The notes beneath the pieces are model-generated. The model did not search any database. It was not told the origin of the DNA and saw only the letters and a program-made list of their open reading frames with translations. Below, one piece after another: positions 22,369-33,837 of a stretch of DNA of 64,000 nucleotides (position 1 is the first letter of the stretch; each line of letters begins with the position of its first letter). A program made the position numbers and the translations under genes. Origin of the DNA: Flectonema sp. DT1601 (taxonomy: Eukaryota). The stretch covers positions 372,001-436,000 of the forward strand of contig OZ025793.1 of assembly GCA_964019425.1 (NCBI GenBank), written 5' to 3'.

Positions 22369-23540
22369 AAAAATATGAAGAGGAAATAATCAAACATGAA
22401 AAAAATAAAAAAAAAAATAAAATATAAATAAAAACGTTGTATGAAAAAGGAAAAAAAAAAAAAAAAAAAGACCAGAAAAAGAAAGAGAAAATGAAAAGGT
22501 ATAATATTATTGTGGGGATATGAGGGATAGCAGGGAGATGCTCTTTTTTTATTTTTTTTTTTTTTTTATTTATTATTTAAAAAAAGGAAACAATCAGTTT
22601 AGCGTCTCGATCGGGACGGAAAATAGAAATTAATCGACATAGTCGATCGATAGAAAAAAAAAAAAAACAATGATAACATTGTTTATTCTTTTTTTTATTT
22701 TTTTTTTTGTATTCTTTTTTATTAATATAGAAAAAAAAAACAATCAGTTTAGCGTCTTGACCAGGACGGAAAATAGAAATTAGTCAACAAAGTCAAACGA
22801 TAAAAAAAAACAATGATAACATTGTTTATTCTTTTTTTTTTTTTTTTTTTTTTATATTCTTTTTTATTAATTTTGAAAAAAAAACAATCAGTTTAGCGTC
22901 TTGACCAGGACGGAAAACTGGAAGTAATCGACATAGTCGATCGATAAAAAAAACAATGATAACATTGTTTCATCTTTTATAATTTTTAATTTTTTTTTAT
23001 ATTTGAAGAAAAGAAAGAAAAAAAAAAAAACAAGCGGAATTGATCATAATGGGTGAAGAGGGGATAGAAAACGAACATAACAATAAAATTCTAAGTGAGA
23101 AACACTTAGCAGAAACACTTAGCAGCTTTTAAGGAGCTGAAAAGCAAAAAAAAAATCTAAGTGAGAAACACTTAGTAAAAACAATTTGTAGCTAATTAAG
23201 CTGAAAATAAAAAAAATAAAAAATTTCTAAGTGAGAAATACTTAGAAGAAACAATTTGTAGCTAATTAAGCTGAAAACAAAAAAATAAAAAAATTTCTAA
23301 GTGAGAAATACTTAGCAACTTTTAGAACAAATATTTCAGTAAATAGAAAGTAATCGACATAGTCGATCGATAAAAAAACAATGATAACATTGTTTATTCT
23401 TTTTTTTCTCTTTTTTATTATTCTTTTTATTTATTTTTAAAGAAAAAAAATAATCAGTTTTGCGTCTTGACCAGGACGGAAAATAGAAATTAGTCGACAA
23501 AGTCGATCGCTAAAAAAAAAAACAATGATAACATTGTTTG
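22236..23540 (-). repeat. Inverted element A and satellite fragments with an embedded plus-strand repeat B piece (about 23058-23345)
   Basis: Reverse-complement identity to 8390-8780 and to 4335-4520; B subrepeats in between. Confidence 0.85.
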
Positions 23541-23996
23541 CCGATCGGTTTTTTATCGGTCTTCCTGGCAAATCAGTGTACTAAATTAAAAAAAAGTACA
23601 AGAAAGAAGCAAAAGTGTCTCATTGGGACAATGTAATTACCAATCTGATTTCGATTGATCACTGGATGTAGTCAATGCACTCCGACCAGCATCTTAATGT
23701 GTGAAGCTGATATGATGCTCTTCAAACAACTAAAGGACAAGCAGATACGGAACGCATACTTCCGTTATAAATTGATGCAATGGGTTGCAAATACTTCCTT
23801 CCTATCCACTGGGTGCAGCTACTGGCAGTTCTTCGTTCAAGCAGCTGACAAAACGCTTTTCTGTGACGCAAGTGTCCAACCAGATGCAATCGAACCCTGG
23901 ACCAAGTCTAAAATTAAAATTACAAACACCTGCGGCTTTAAGAAGTCCCACGAACCCGAAGTGGACAATCTGAAGTTCAATCACTACGTCAGTACA

Positions 23997-25124
23997 TGAG
24001 GCGATCGGCAGGGGTGGAGGTTTCACGAATTTTCACGATCCTTCACGGTTTGTCACGAGTTGTCACTACCTATCACGAAAATTCACGAAAATTCACTGCC
24101 AAAAAGCATGGTGAAAAATCGTGAATAATCGTGAATTTTCGTGAATTTTGATATTGAGATTTGTGGTTTGGTAAAAAAAACTACTCAGGGGGGGCCTGAA
24201 CTGCACTGCTTCGTAGTTGTCATCGGTGCTTGTTAATCCTATCGTTCTCTACAGTTTATTGTTAATACTACTTCTCTTTAATCCTGAGGCGATCGGCAGG
24301 GGTGGAGGTTTCACGAATTTTCACGATCCTTCACGGTTTGTCACGAGTTGTCACTACCTATCGCGAAAATTCACGAAAATTCACTGCCAAAAAGCATGGT
24401 GAAAAATCGTGAATAATCGTGAATTTTCGTGAATTTTGATATTGAGATTTGTGGTTTGGTAAAAAAAACTACTCAGGGGGGGCCTGAACTGCACTGCTTC
24501 GTAGTTGTCATCGGTGCTTGTTAATCCTATCGTTCTCTACAGTTTATTGTTAATACTACTTCTCTTTAATCCTGAGGCGATCGGCAGGGGTGGAGGTTTC
24601 ACGAATTTTCACGATCCTTCACGGTTTGTCACGAGTTGTCACTACCTATCGCGAAAATTCACGAAAATTCACTGCCAAAAAGCATGGTGAAAAATCGTGA
24701 ATAATCGTGAATTTTCGTGAATTTTGATATTGAGATTTGTGGTTTGGTAAAAAAAACTACTCAGGGGGGGCCTGAACTGCACTGCTTCGTAGTTGTCATC
24801 GGTGCTTGTTAATCCTATCGTTCTCTACAGTTTATTGTTAATACTACTTCTCTTTAATCCTGAGGCGATCGGCAGGGGTGGAGGTTTCACGAATTTTCAC
24901 GATCCTTCACGGTTTGTCACGAGTTGTCACTACCTATCGCGAAAATTCACGAAAATTCACTGCCAAAAAGCATGGTGAAAAATCGTGAATAATCGTGAAT
25001 TTTCGTGAATTTTGATATTGAGATTTGTGGTTTGGTAAAAAAAACTACTCAGGGGGGGCCTGAACTGCACTGCTTCGTAGTTGTCATCGGTGCTTGTTAA
25101 TCCTATCGTTCTCTACAGTTTATT
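23997..25124 (+). repeat. 288-bp tandem repeat of the transposon left end (3.9 copies)
   Basis: Units start at 23997, 24285, 24573 and 24861 and are nearly identical. Confidence 0.97.
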
Positions 25125-25567
25125 AAATAAAATATCTGCCTCATCCCGGAGCCTACACACCGAGTTCATTGCATTGCCTCCTGGATTGCGAAGTACTTTG
25201 GCCTCAGTGACTTCCTCCGTTCAATAGTAACGCTGTGCTTCTTCATACGTGGGAATCGGTCGTTTGCTTACTGGCTTCGCAAGAAGCACCGCATCTCTTT
25301 TAGGGCGTGTCCATTTAAAGAGAAGGTTACGAATGGGCGCTTCTGAACCTTAGCATTTGCATGCTACGGACGGCACTGGAGTTCACGACAGACGCAGCCG
25401 AGTTGCTTGACAAGGTGTCGGTCATTGTATCTCGGTAGTATGTGTTTCTCTTTTTTACATAGTAATGATGAATCTGAACAAGCAGCTGCTATTGCGGTGA
25501 CACAGTCTCCCCTCACCACGCCCGCCTGCTGAAAGTCAATAGGCAGGTCAACCACGCCCTCTCCCAT

Positions 25568-26011
25568 GTGAACCACATTCAGGTCTCTAAGCTGAAGAGC
25601 GATGTCCCCGATGACCCCATGCTCACCAAGCCTGATGCTAGCATCATCCCGGTGGACGCACCATCCCTACCTAACCCCCCAACCAAGTCCCAGCGCGGGG
25701 CATTCATTTTCTCTGTTGTTGAATGCTTTGCGCTGGAGCTCCCCGCAAAGCTAAAGTTGCGTGACCCCCTCTCCCTCCCGGTGCCCCAGCAGTCCGCCAC
25801 ACTGACCCAAGCGAAAGCAGCAGAAAATGCTGCTGCCAGGAAAGTTGCACAAGAAAAAACTGCTCAGCGAAAAGAGGAGGCAAGAAAGGAGAAGGCGGCT
25901 GCCAAGAAGGCGAAGGAGGAAGCAAGGGATGCAGCCAGGAAGAAGGCTGCAGAGGCGAAGAAAAAGAAGGCTGCAGAACCGGCACGCAAGAATCCCAAGG
26001 TTGAGCAATGA
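25568..26011 (+). pseudogene. Coding remnant inside the TIR element with a Lys/Ala/Glu-rich helical C-terminus
   Basis: Open, GC-richer frame with no ATG start and no catalytic motif recognised. Confidence 0.4.
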
Positions 26012-27377
26012 CAACAGTTGCTCTTTGGATTTTTTTATTTATTTAACCAAAAAAATTATCATCAGCTTGGAACCCAATGATTACACTCACTTGTTTCTAC
26101 CCCAATGAATTACCTCTCATTGTCTCTCAAGCAATATCAATATGGGTTGTCAGGCTGTCTCCTGGCAGAGATGGGAGGAGTAATGGAAAGACACCACAGA
26201 ACAGAACAGTCTGAACGAGAATGAGCCCCTCAGTGATTAAACCCACCGCACACGCGATGCGCCGGTCCAAAGTCCGGAACCTCACCACAAGCGATGCCCA
26301 TTTAGTTGTCAAAGTGACATGACGTATGGCAAACTGAACAGGTTTGACATCGCACAGCATACCAGCACCAACGGTACCATCTGGATATCACTCACTTTTT
26401 TCACTAGAATTCACACATTTTCACACATTTTCACAGGATTTCACTACCAAAAAGCAGCAAAAAATTAAGTGAAAAATCGTGAAAAATCGTGAATTTTCGT
26501 GTAGCAAAGTGAAAAATCGTGAACACCTCCACCCTGCCGATCGCCTCAGTACAATCCCACCAGTGGATATGGAAATTAACTGCAATGGATCATTCTCTCC
26601 CTCAGGCGAAGCCGGGCAGCGCATCTAGCAAAATCGCGGAACAGACTCAGGTCTGAAAAAGGAAGTAGACTGTTGTACTGACAGTAGTTTCAGATCTGAA
26701 CAGTCGACACTGGTTAAGCTACCGAAATTCGGAGGTAAACTAGTTACCTGAATTTAGACAGCATTTGCATATCTGCAAATCTGCCAAGTAAAATCTATTT
26801 CAATACAGTTTTCAAAAAAATGTCTAAGAATCCGGACGAAGTGAGACAATCAGCCTGTAGTGTTCAGATGTATGTAGAAGTCTGATATGGGATGGAAGGT
26901 CATCTTCTAATGTGTTTGTAATGCAAACTGCGAAGGTTGCCTTTATTATTGTACGCTATGTTCAAATGAAATGTTGCATCAGAGTGTGACCTATTAGAGT
27001 TAGAACTCATGCAGTACTTCGAATTGTAGTGCCGTTTTGTCCCGCCAAGAGCGAAGAGGATGGGGAGGAATCCGGCGCACCTGATGTGATGCGGTCCCTG
27101 TGGGTCATGGGCTGCGTTCAACGAAATATAAGGTTTTCTAAATACAGGTACTGACAAGAGATGTCGAAACTTATCGAGACGTAAATTTGTTGCCTTTATT
27201 AATTTAGTATCTGTAGCTTATTGTTTATTATGCATTCATTATCAGTATTTCCTTTGACATATTTATAGTCTCATTCAGCGAACATGCGAGAGCACTATTT
27301 TCCATGTGGGTGATTTACTTAGTATTAATAGTAACGTTTTTCATAAAAATATTCTTGCAATTAGATCCGCATTCAAC

Positions 27378-29051
27378 ATGGGAGTTGAAACAGAGAATCC
27401 ACCGGCAGGAAACACTCAGGCAGAGAGGTACATGGATGCTGCAGCGGTAACTGCAGTCGCGTCTGCTCCACCGGCGCCTGTTCAAGCGTACCCGCCCCCA
27501 GATCAGCTTCCCCCTGGTGGATATCCACCTTCACAAGCATATCCACCACCAGCAGGGAATCCAGCACAAGGGTTTCCACCCCCTGCAAGTGTGCCACCTA
27601 CACAGCCATACCCTCCAGCTCAAGCACCGCAAACTGGACAGCCTCCGGCACAGCCATACCCTCCAGCTCAAGCACCGCAAACTGGACAGCCTCCGGCACA
27701 GCCGTACCCACAGGTGGCACAGCCCCCAGCACAGCCTTACCCACCGGCCCAAGCATACCCGGCTCCTGCTCAGCCTACATCGATGCCGTATCCAACACCG
27801 GCACCAGTGCCTGTACCAGCTGCCGGTTATCCGCAACCGGGGCAACCACAGCCGGGTGTTTGCCCTATTCCTCAGCATGTTCCATCCTCAATGCCGCAAG
27901 CGACCACCATTCAGATGCCTCCCCAGCCAGTTCTCCCAGCACACCCTCGCGTAACTTCTACATGCGAAAATAAAATGATGGCAGACGGAAAAACACGCGA
28001 GTACCTCCTCCGTTTTCAAATTGATGGCAACGAGGTTCATGCAATGCCATGGACTCGATTTTCAAATCTTCGCGAAACATTCATGGCTGTAAGCGTGAAT
28101 TTCCCCACGAGAGGGTTCCCATTTCAAAACTTTGTTACGAATGAAGGAAATGTTTCAAAGAGGACTGCGGACTTGGCAAATTATTTCACTGGGTTTCTCA
28201 GTCAAAGGGGAACGACTTCAGGACCGCAGTTTATTGGATGTCCAAGGTTGCACGGTTCCTTGAAAATGCAACCAGGGACTGCAGGTGTTGTTGAGTTCAG
28301 TAGAGTAGGTCAGATCAGAATACAAATCGCACAGATTTTGAAGGCCGCAGAAGAAGCTCGTTTGGCAGCTATACGTCAGCAGCAACTTGAGGACTGCAAC
28401 TTGGCGCAAACATTCCACAGGACTGTCTTACCAATTGGGCAAATATCTTCAATTCGCTACGATCGCGAGCAGCACTTCAAGCTTAGAAATAAATTCTGGG
28501 GCTCTGGGGATCTCACCATCACTGGCCCTGGGGACCTCGGTTGGTTTAAGATGATACGAACTAACGCGGGTTCATTGTTTAAATCTGCTAACTTTGTTAT
28601 TACAAACATGGCCGGTGAGCCACTAATGATTATGGAAGAGCAATTTGCTTGGGCAAACTACAAGTATGATTTGTACCGTTTAGACTCTGCTGGATCTCGC
28701 ATCCATATGAGCAGGATTACTCGTCATTGGAATGCAATTGGATTTTGCAGCAATGCCGCGTACAGTGCGGAGCTTCGTGGTCCGATGTCAGTCTGTCCGC
28801 CAATTCGTTGCCACGGTAGATGGCCTGCTAGTTTTACGTTAACTGAAGCTGTTAGTAGTAAGTTAGTCGCTACAATTGACAAACAACGTTTCACTTTTTC
28901 TGATACTTACGACTTAAAAATATCGGCCAATCAAGATTGCTTATTATTTATTGGGATTGCCTGCGCTATTGATAGAATTCACCACGAAGTTGAAGCTGAA
29001 GAGAACAGAAGACGGGCCGCAGAGCAGCAGAGACACTCTCACTCTCGTTAA
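27378..29051 (+). CDS. Pro/Gln/Tyr-rich N-terminus, PX-like domain and LURP-one/Tubby-C (scramblase-like) domain
   Basis: First ATG at 27378. PPAQPYPP repeats; WTRFSNLRETF...FP.R......V.KR..DL..YF (PX-like); FKLRNKFW...ATIDKQRFTFSDTYDL.I....D.LLFIGIACAID (Tubby C2/LOR-like). Confidence 0.75.
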   Translation: MGVETENPPAGNTQAERYMDAAAVTAVASAPPAPVQAYPPPDQLPPGGYPPSQAYPPPAGNPAQGFPPPASVPPTQPYPPAQAPQTGQPPAQPYPPAQAPQTGQPPAQPYPQVAQPPAQPYPPAQAYPAPAQPTSMPYPTPAPVPVPAAGYPQPGQPQPGVCPIPQHVPSSMPQATTIQMPPQPVLPAHPRVTSTCENKMMADGKTREYLLRFQIDGNEVHAMPWTRFSNLRETFMAVSVNFPTRGFPFQNFVTNEGNVSKRTADLANYFTGFLSQRGTTSGPQFIGCPRLHGSLKMQPGTAGVVEFSRVGQIRIQIAQILKAAEEARLAAIRQQQLEDCNLAQTFHRTVLPIGQISSIRYDREQHFKLRNKFWGSGDLTITGPGDLGWFKMIRTNAGSLFKSANFVITNMAGEPLMIMEEQFAWANYKYDLYRLDSAGSRIHMSRITRHWNAIGFCSNAAYSAELRGPMSVCPPIRCHGRWPASFTLTEAVSSKLVATIDKQRFTFSDTYDLKISANQDCLLFIGIACAIDRIHHEVEAEENRRRAAEQQRHSHSR

Positions 29052-30370
29052 ATTCATGTCGGGAATGCAGTCACAGTACAGCTATAATTCACAACCGTAT
29101 CTTACCGCTCAATGTTAATTTTTCTGTCTGTATTTAGGCATGAGATAATAAGGCTATCCCTTGTCGTTCTTTCTTTGATTTTTTTTTCATTCTTTTTTTT
29201 CATGTTTTCTCATTTCGCTCAATATTTATTAGGCATTTAAGCTTTGCAGCTCAGTGTATGTGTACGTGAAGTTCGGAAGGAGATGGTCGATCTTAAATTA
29301 ATTTAAAAACTTCTCATAGTCCGTCCTTTGTACAGATGCACATAGTTGTGTAGCCAATTTACCAGATCTTGGAAATTGCAGCTCGTAATAAGCTAATGTA
29401 ATCAACATATAATGCACTCAGGTGACTTTCAGCTGTGGCAAATTCGGATCCTCAGTTTGTGAACAACTTTCTTTTTTGTTGAACTCAACGTTTTCTCTCT
29501 ATTGGTGTAGTTTAACATTTCGATTTTCACTTTTTCTTAAACTACTCCTCCCCTTATACTGTTGGTATCTTTTCATTGCAACCAGGTTTGGCCGAACCCT
29601 ATAGCCAGTTTCAAGTTGCTTTATATTATTTAATCATAGTGTCAAGTTACCCCCCCTTATGTTTTGGACTTTTTCTTCAACGTTTGTCATTTTTTATTTT
29701 AGTGTTTGCATTCTTGTTCTTGGGCCCTGCGTGTTTTTGCATTTTCTGTTATAAAAGAATAACAAAAAAGAGTGAAAAAAAAAAAAAAAATGAAGGATTT
29801 TTGTTTTTATCTTTTTACAACTTTTATTCACCGAATTATCGCGAAACCCGTGATACGCTGTCTCAGTTTTGTGAGCGGTTGTTAAAAAAAGAACGAAAAA
29901 AAAAAAAAAAAAAAAAAAAAAAAACAGCAATCACTATGCAAGGGTACTTTTTGTTTTTTGTTTTGTGTACGAAACCGAAAGCAGCAGTTGTACAAGGTAA
30001 AAGAAAGAAGGAGTTTCTTGAGATAGCACACCCCCGAAAACCTTTGTTGGGTATAAAAAGAGAGTAAAAAAACTGTCGAAAGGACTGAAATTGCTATTCT
30101 ATTTCGGTACTCTAAATGTCTCAATTTCTAATGATTACCAAACAGATCAAAGTAAAGGGATAAATCATGTCGGCACTATCTGGAAAGATGGTTAGCCTGA
30201 TTCCAATTATGGGTCGATACTATGACGCAACAACTATCTGCTTACAGCGGACTACATCAGAACAAAATATTAATTAAAGCAAACAGCTTTGTCAGCTGAT
30301 CGCCTGGAATATTCTTTAAAAATAAATGTTTAAATTTAAAACACTTTTTTCAGCCGCCCGATTTAATAAA

Positions 30371-32235
30371 ATGTATCGAAGTCAAGGAGAAGGAACCTGC
30401 AAAAAGGGAATCAATGTTGACCAGAGGCGGATAAAAAGAGGGGATGAGGCGGTAACACTCAGAAAGAAGAAGCAACAAGAGGTAATGGGAAGAAAGCGGA
30501 GAGAAACCGTTGCTGATGAGGATCTAAAATTAGAGAACCTCGACGGCTGGTTGAACGAACTGTTTTCTACTGAGGTTAGCAGGCAATTAGAAGCCGCGGA
30601 AACAATCCGAAGGTTTTTGTCTCTGCAGAACGACCCGCCAATCAGCAAAATTTCATCACGAAGTGATTGTGTAAAGCAGTTAGTCACCTTTTTAGATTCT
30701 GATCATGTTCCTCTTCAATTCGAAGCATCATGGGCATTAACAAACATAGCTTCAGGTACCAGAGAAGATACACAAGCAGTAGTTGGAGCCAATGCGATCC
30801 AGGCATTTGTAAGACTTCTCCGCACTGGTGATGTAGCCGTTGCTGAACAGTCCATCTGGGCACTCGGAAACATTGCAGGTGATGCTGTTCGGTATCGTGA
30901 TCAAATACTAGGTCTTTATGCAATGACTCATATAACAAAAATAATTGTTAGCGATCCTCCTCCAAGGCAGTCATTGCTGCGGAATGCTGTGTGGACAATG
31001 TCTAATTTATGTAGAGGTAAACCAACACCTGTTGAAAGTCACACTGAGCAAGTTATACCAGTCGTGGCTCAGTTATTGACTCACTGTAGTGATGAATGTG
31101 TTCTTACTGATCTGTGTTGGTCACTCTCTTACTTGACTGAGGGAAGTGAAAAGCGAATTCAACGTGTTGTTGATCACAATATAATCGGGCAACTAATCAA
31201 ATTACTACTACTTCCTTCTATCGTGACCCCTGCTTTACGTACTCTGGGTAATATCTTAACGGGTTCTGATAACCAAACTCAAGCTGTTCTCAATGCAGGT
31301 TTTCTACCAACGTTACACCATTTATTAGAGAGGGGTAATCCTGATATCTGTAAGGAAGTTCTATGGTGCATATCAAATGTTACCGCAGGTACTATAGAAC
31401 AAATAGAACTAGTAATTCATCATAACCTTATAGGTTCGGTAGTTAAATTATTGGGATCTTCTCGTATAGAAATTCAGAAGGAAAGTACTTGGGTTATTTC
31501 AAATGCATGTCATGGTGGAACCAGTCGTCAAGTTGCTCACATTGTAAGCCAAGGTTGTATTCCTCCTCTTTGCCAGCTGTTAAAACATGAAGAAATTAAT
31601 GTATGCAAACTTTTAGCTGAGTTGTTTTGTTTCTCTCCTTTCTTATGTAAATTTTTAAAATAAACAAAACTAAAACACAGGCTGTCACAAATGGTCTTGA
31701 AACCCTCCAAACTATTATGCAGGTTGGTGAGTGTGAGAGGCAGGAGTATAATCGTGTATGTGTCACTTAAGTTTTTTTCTCCTCATGAAGCATAATAAAA
31801 ACCATTCGTTCTATAAAAATCAAACAGGCTGAGAATAAATACGCACTCCTTGTTCAGGAGGCTGGAGGAAGGGATTCTCTTGAAAAACTGATGTCACTTT
31901 CGCTTCAGACAACTTCTAAAGTGACAGTGCTGGCTGAAAAAATACTTAAAGTTGTATGCAATCGTCTTTTTATTTGTATCTTATTAGTAATGCAAAGTAA
32001 ATATTATCGTAGCCTACGGGGATTGTTCTCTTATAGAGTAGCCTAGAATAATATGTTACTAAACAGCTGACTTACTTCAAAATCAAAAACCAAACAAATA
32101 CAGTATTTCCCTGGCGAGCTTGAGAGCAACATACGGTTTGACACGAGTAATTATTGCGCAGAGTTGCAGGCTCCACAGGGGGGTCCTTTTAACATAACTT
32201 CTGGCATGGCTCCCGACATGGTTCAGTATCAACAA

Positions 32236-32267
<32 letters not shown>

Positions 32268-32373
32268 ACTACAACAGCAGCAACACCAACACCAACAACA
32301 GCATCAACAACAACACTTCCAACAGCACATTGATCCCTCACAGCAGCAGTTACAGCAGCAACAAGGGTGGTGA
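30371..32373 (+). CDS. Importin alpha paralog 1; exons 30371-31600, 31681-31755, 31828-31953, 32104-32373; poly-Gln tail
   Basis: IBB-like N-terminus and ARM motifs QFEASWALTNIASG, WALGNIAGD, WTMSNLCRGK, PALRTLGNI. Three phase-0 GT-AG introns restore the frame. Confidence 0.92.
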
Positions 32374-33837
32374 TCCGTCGTGTAAGTATCAACATACTTA
32401 CCAGGAAACTTATTGTAGCCATCATTGTGGCATTTTAGCTTGCAGCTTAAAGACATGTTCTAGCCTTTTGAAAACATGTTCTGTGTCGTTAGAAGTTTAG
32501 TTTAGCTTCGTAAACGAGGAGTTGTCTGATTACTTTAATTCTGATATTGCGAGCAGCTACTGTCTCTGTGTTAGGGTGGTCTATTACTGTCGCGGCAGGT
32601 AATATGCCCGCCGAAAAAGTCTTTCGTCAAATTCTTGCCTGAAAAAATTGAGTTTTTTCTCTTGTCAGTTATGACTGTACTTCCACTTTTCTATTAGTGC
32701 AGTAGGGCAAACAGTATTCTTCACAGAGGAAACACTTCTTTGTATGAGGCTCTTTTATTTGTTATGTGTTTTACTTAAAAGGCTGCCACCTTCTCCTAGT
32801 TCTGCCTATGTGGTAGGTTGCTTTTGCGAATCTAGTTTACCGCTAGCACTACGCTTGTAAAATAAAACTACCACAAAAAAAAAAAAAAAAAAATAAAGAG
32901 TGGGCTGGGATTTCGAAAAAAAAAAAAAAAAAAAAGAAAAGAAACCCACAAGCCTTTCAACTGCCTGTGGTAACTATTACGTTACTCCCTTGCCTCAGAT
33001 GCGTTCTTGGTGCGTTATGTACTGATAAGGACATTGTCTAAGGAAGGACGGTTCTTACACTTCAGAAGGAAGTCCGGATATCGTCCGCACGTCCCGTTCA
33101 CATTGTGGTTGCCTTTCGCTTTCTTAACCAAATGGGAAAAGTCTTTTCTGTGACGGCTTTCTATTGCTTTAGAGAATGAAAAAAAAAAAAAAATACTTTA
33201 CATCATCTTCCTTGTGATTTGATCACAACATTACTTGCCTTGTTGCTGGTGGGTGTAGTGAATATAATCTGAATTGACTGGGATTTGTGTCGCATATTAT
33301 TTGGTTTGTATTTTCTTTAACATCAGTGCATGGAAAAAAAAAAGAAGGGAGAAAAAAAAAAAAAAAAAAAAAAAAAGAAAAAAAAATAAAATAAAAAAGC
33401 CAATAAAAAAGAGTTAGAAGGAATACAATAATTGAACTCACTCGTTTTTCCCGATTTCCCCCTTTTTTTTAAAATATTTTTTATTTCCTGTTCACCAATT
33501 ACTTATCTGGTCGGTTATCATGAGGAGATCTTTGCCCCACCCTGCTGCTCAGGCCCCTCTCCCAGTCGGTATTGCATCATAATTATTTATTTACTGAGTT
33601 TTGTTGTGTCGTAGGGACTTCGTCTGTTATGCACGTTCCCGAATATTACTAAAAATGTCTGAAAATAATTTTATTAGTTTTTTTTTTTTTTTTTTTTTTT
33701 TTGTTTTTGTTTATTTTCAATTACAGTTAAAAAAGCAACCATATGAAATGAAGAAAGTGGAGATATATGATGTGTTACTTTTATTTATATTTTTTTTTTT
33801 TTTAATAGAATTTAAAAAAAAAAAAAAAAAAAATATA

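Larger units (their letters stand above)
23997..26548. mobile_element. DNA transposon with TG..CA ends, ~30-bp TIRs, 5-bp TSD and TTCACGA subterminal repeats; defective
   Basis: Left end TGAGGCGATCGGCAGGGGTGGAGGT; right end ACCTCCACCCTGCCGATCGCCTCA. GTACA at 23992-23996 and 26549-26553. Confidence 0.9.
23640..27000 (+). pseudogene. Degenerate Cys-rich gene (RBR/IBR E3-ligase-like), split by the TIR element
   Basis: YFRYKLMQWV...TGC...CGFKKSHEP resembles the RING1-IBR region with lost cysteines. The frame continues across the TSD (VST|IPPVDMEINCNG...RI*). A later CNANCEGCLYYCTLC remnant has stops nearby. Confidence 0.4.

Noticed and set aside
1..23560. Telomere or subtelomere, Penelope-type hammerheads, or an HDV ribozyme
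   Set aside because: No TTAGGG-type arrays. CTGANGA hits lack a correctly placed GAAA and stems, and I could not build an HDV fold by eye.
24217..24978. Three identical 61-aa ORFs
   Set aside because: Products of the 288-bp tandem repeat, with non-ATG starts and spanning TIR junctions.
33601..33837. N-terminal extensions predicted by the ORF track (also 27306, 30326, 52967, 57280)
   Set aside because: Non-ATG or homopolymer-derived upstream sequence; homology or plausible protein sequence begins at downstream ATGs.
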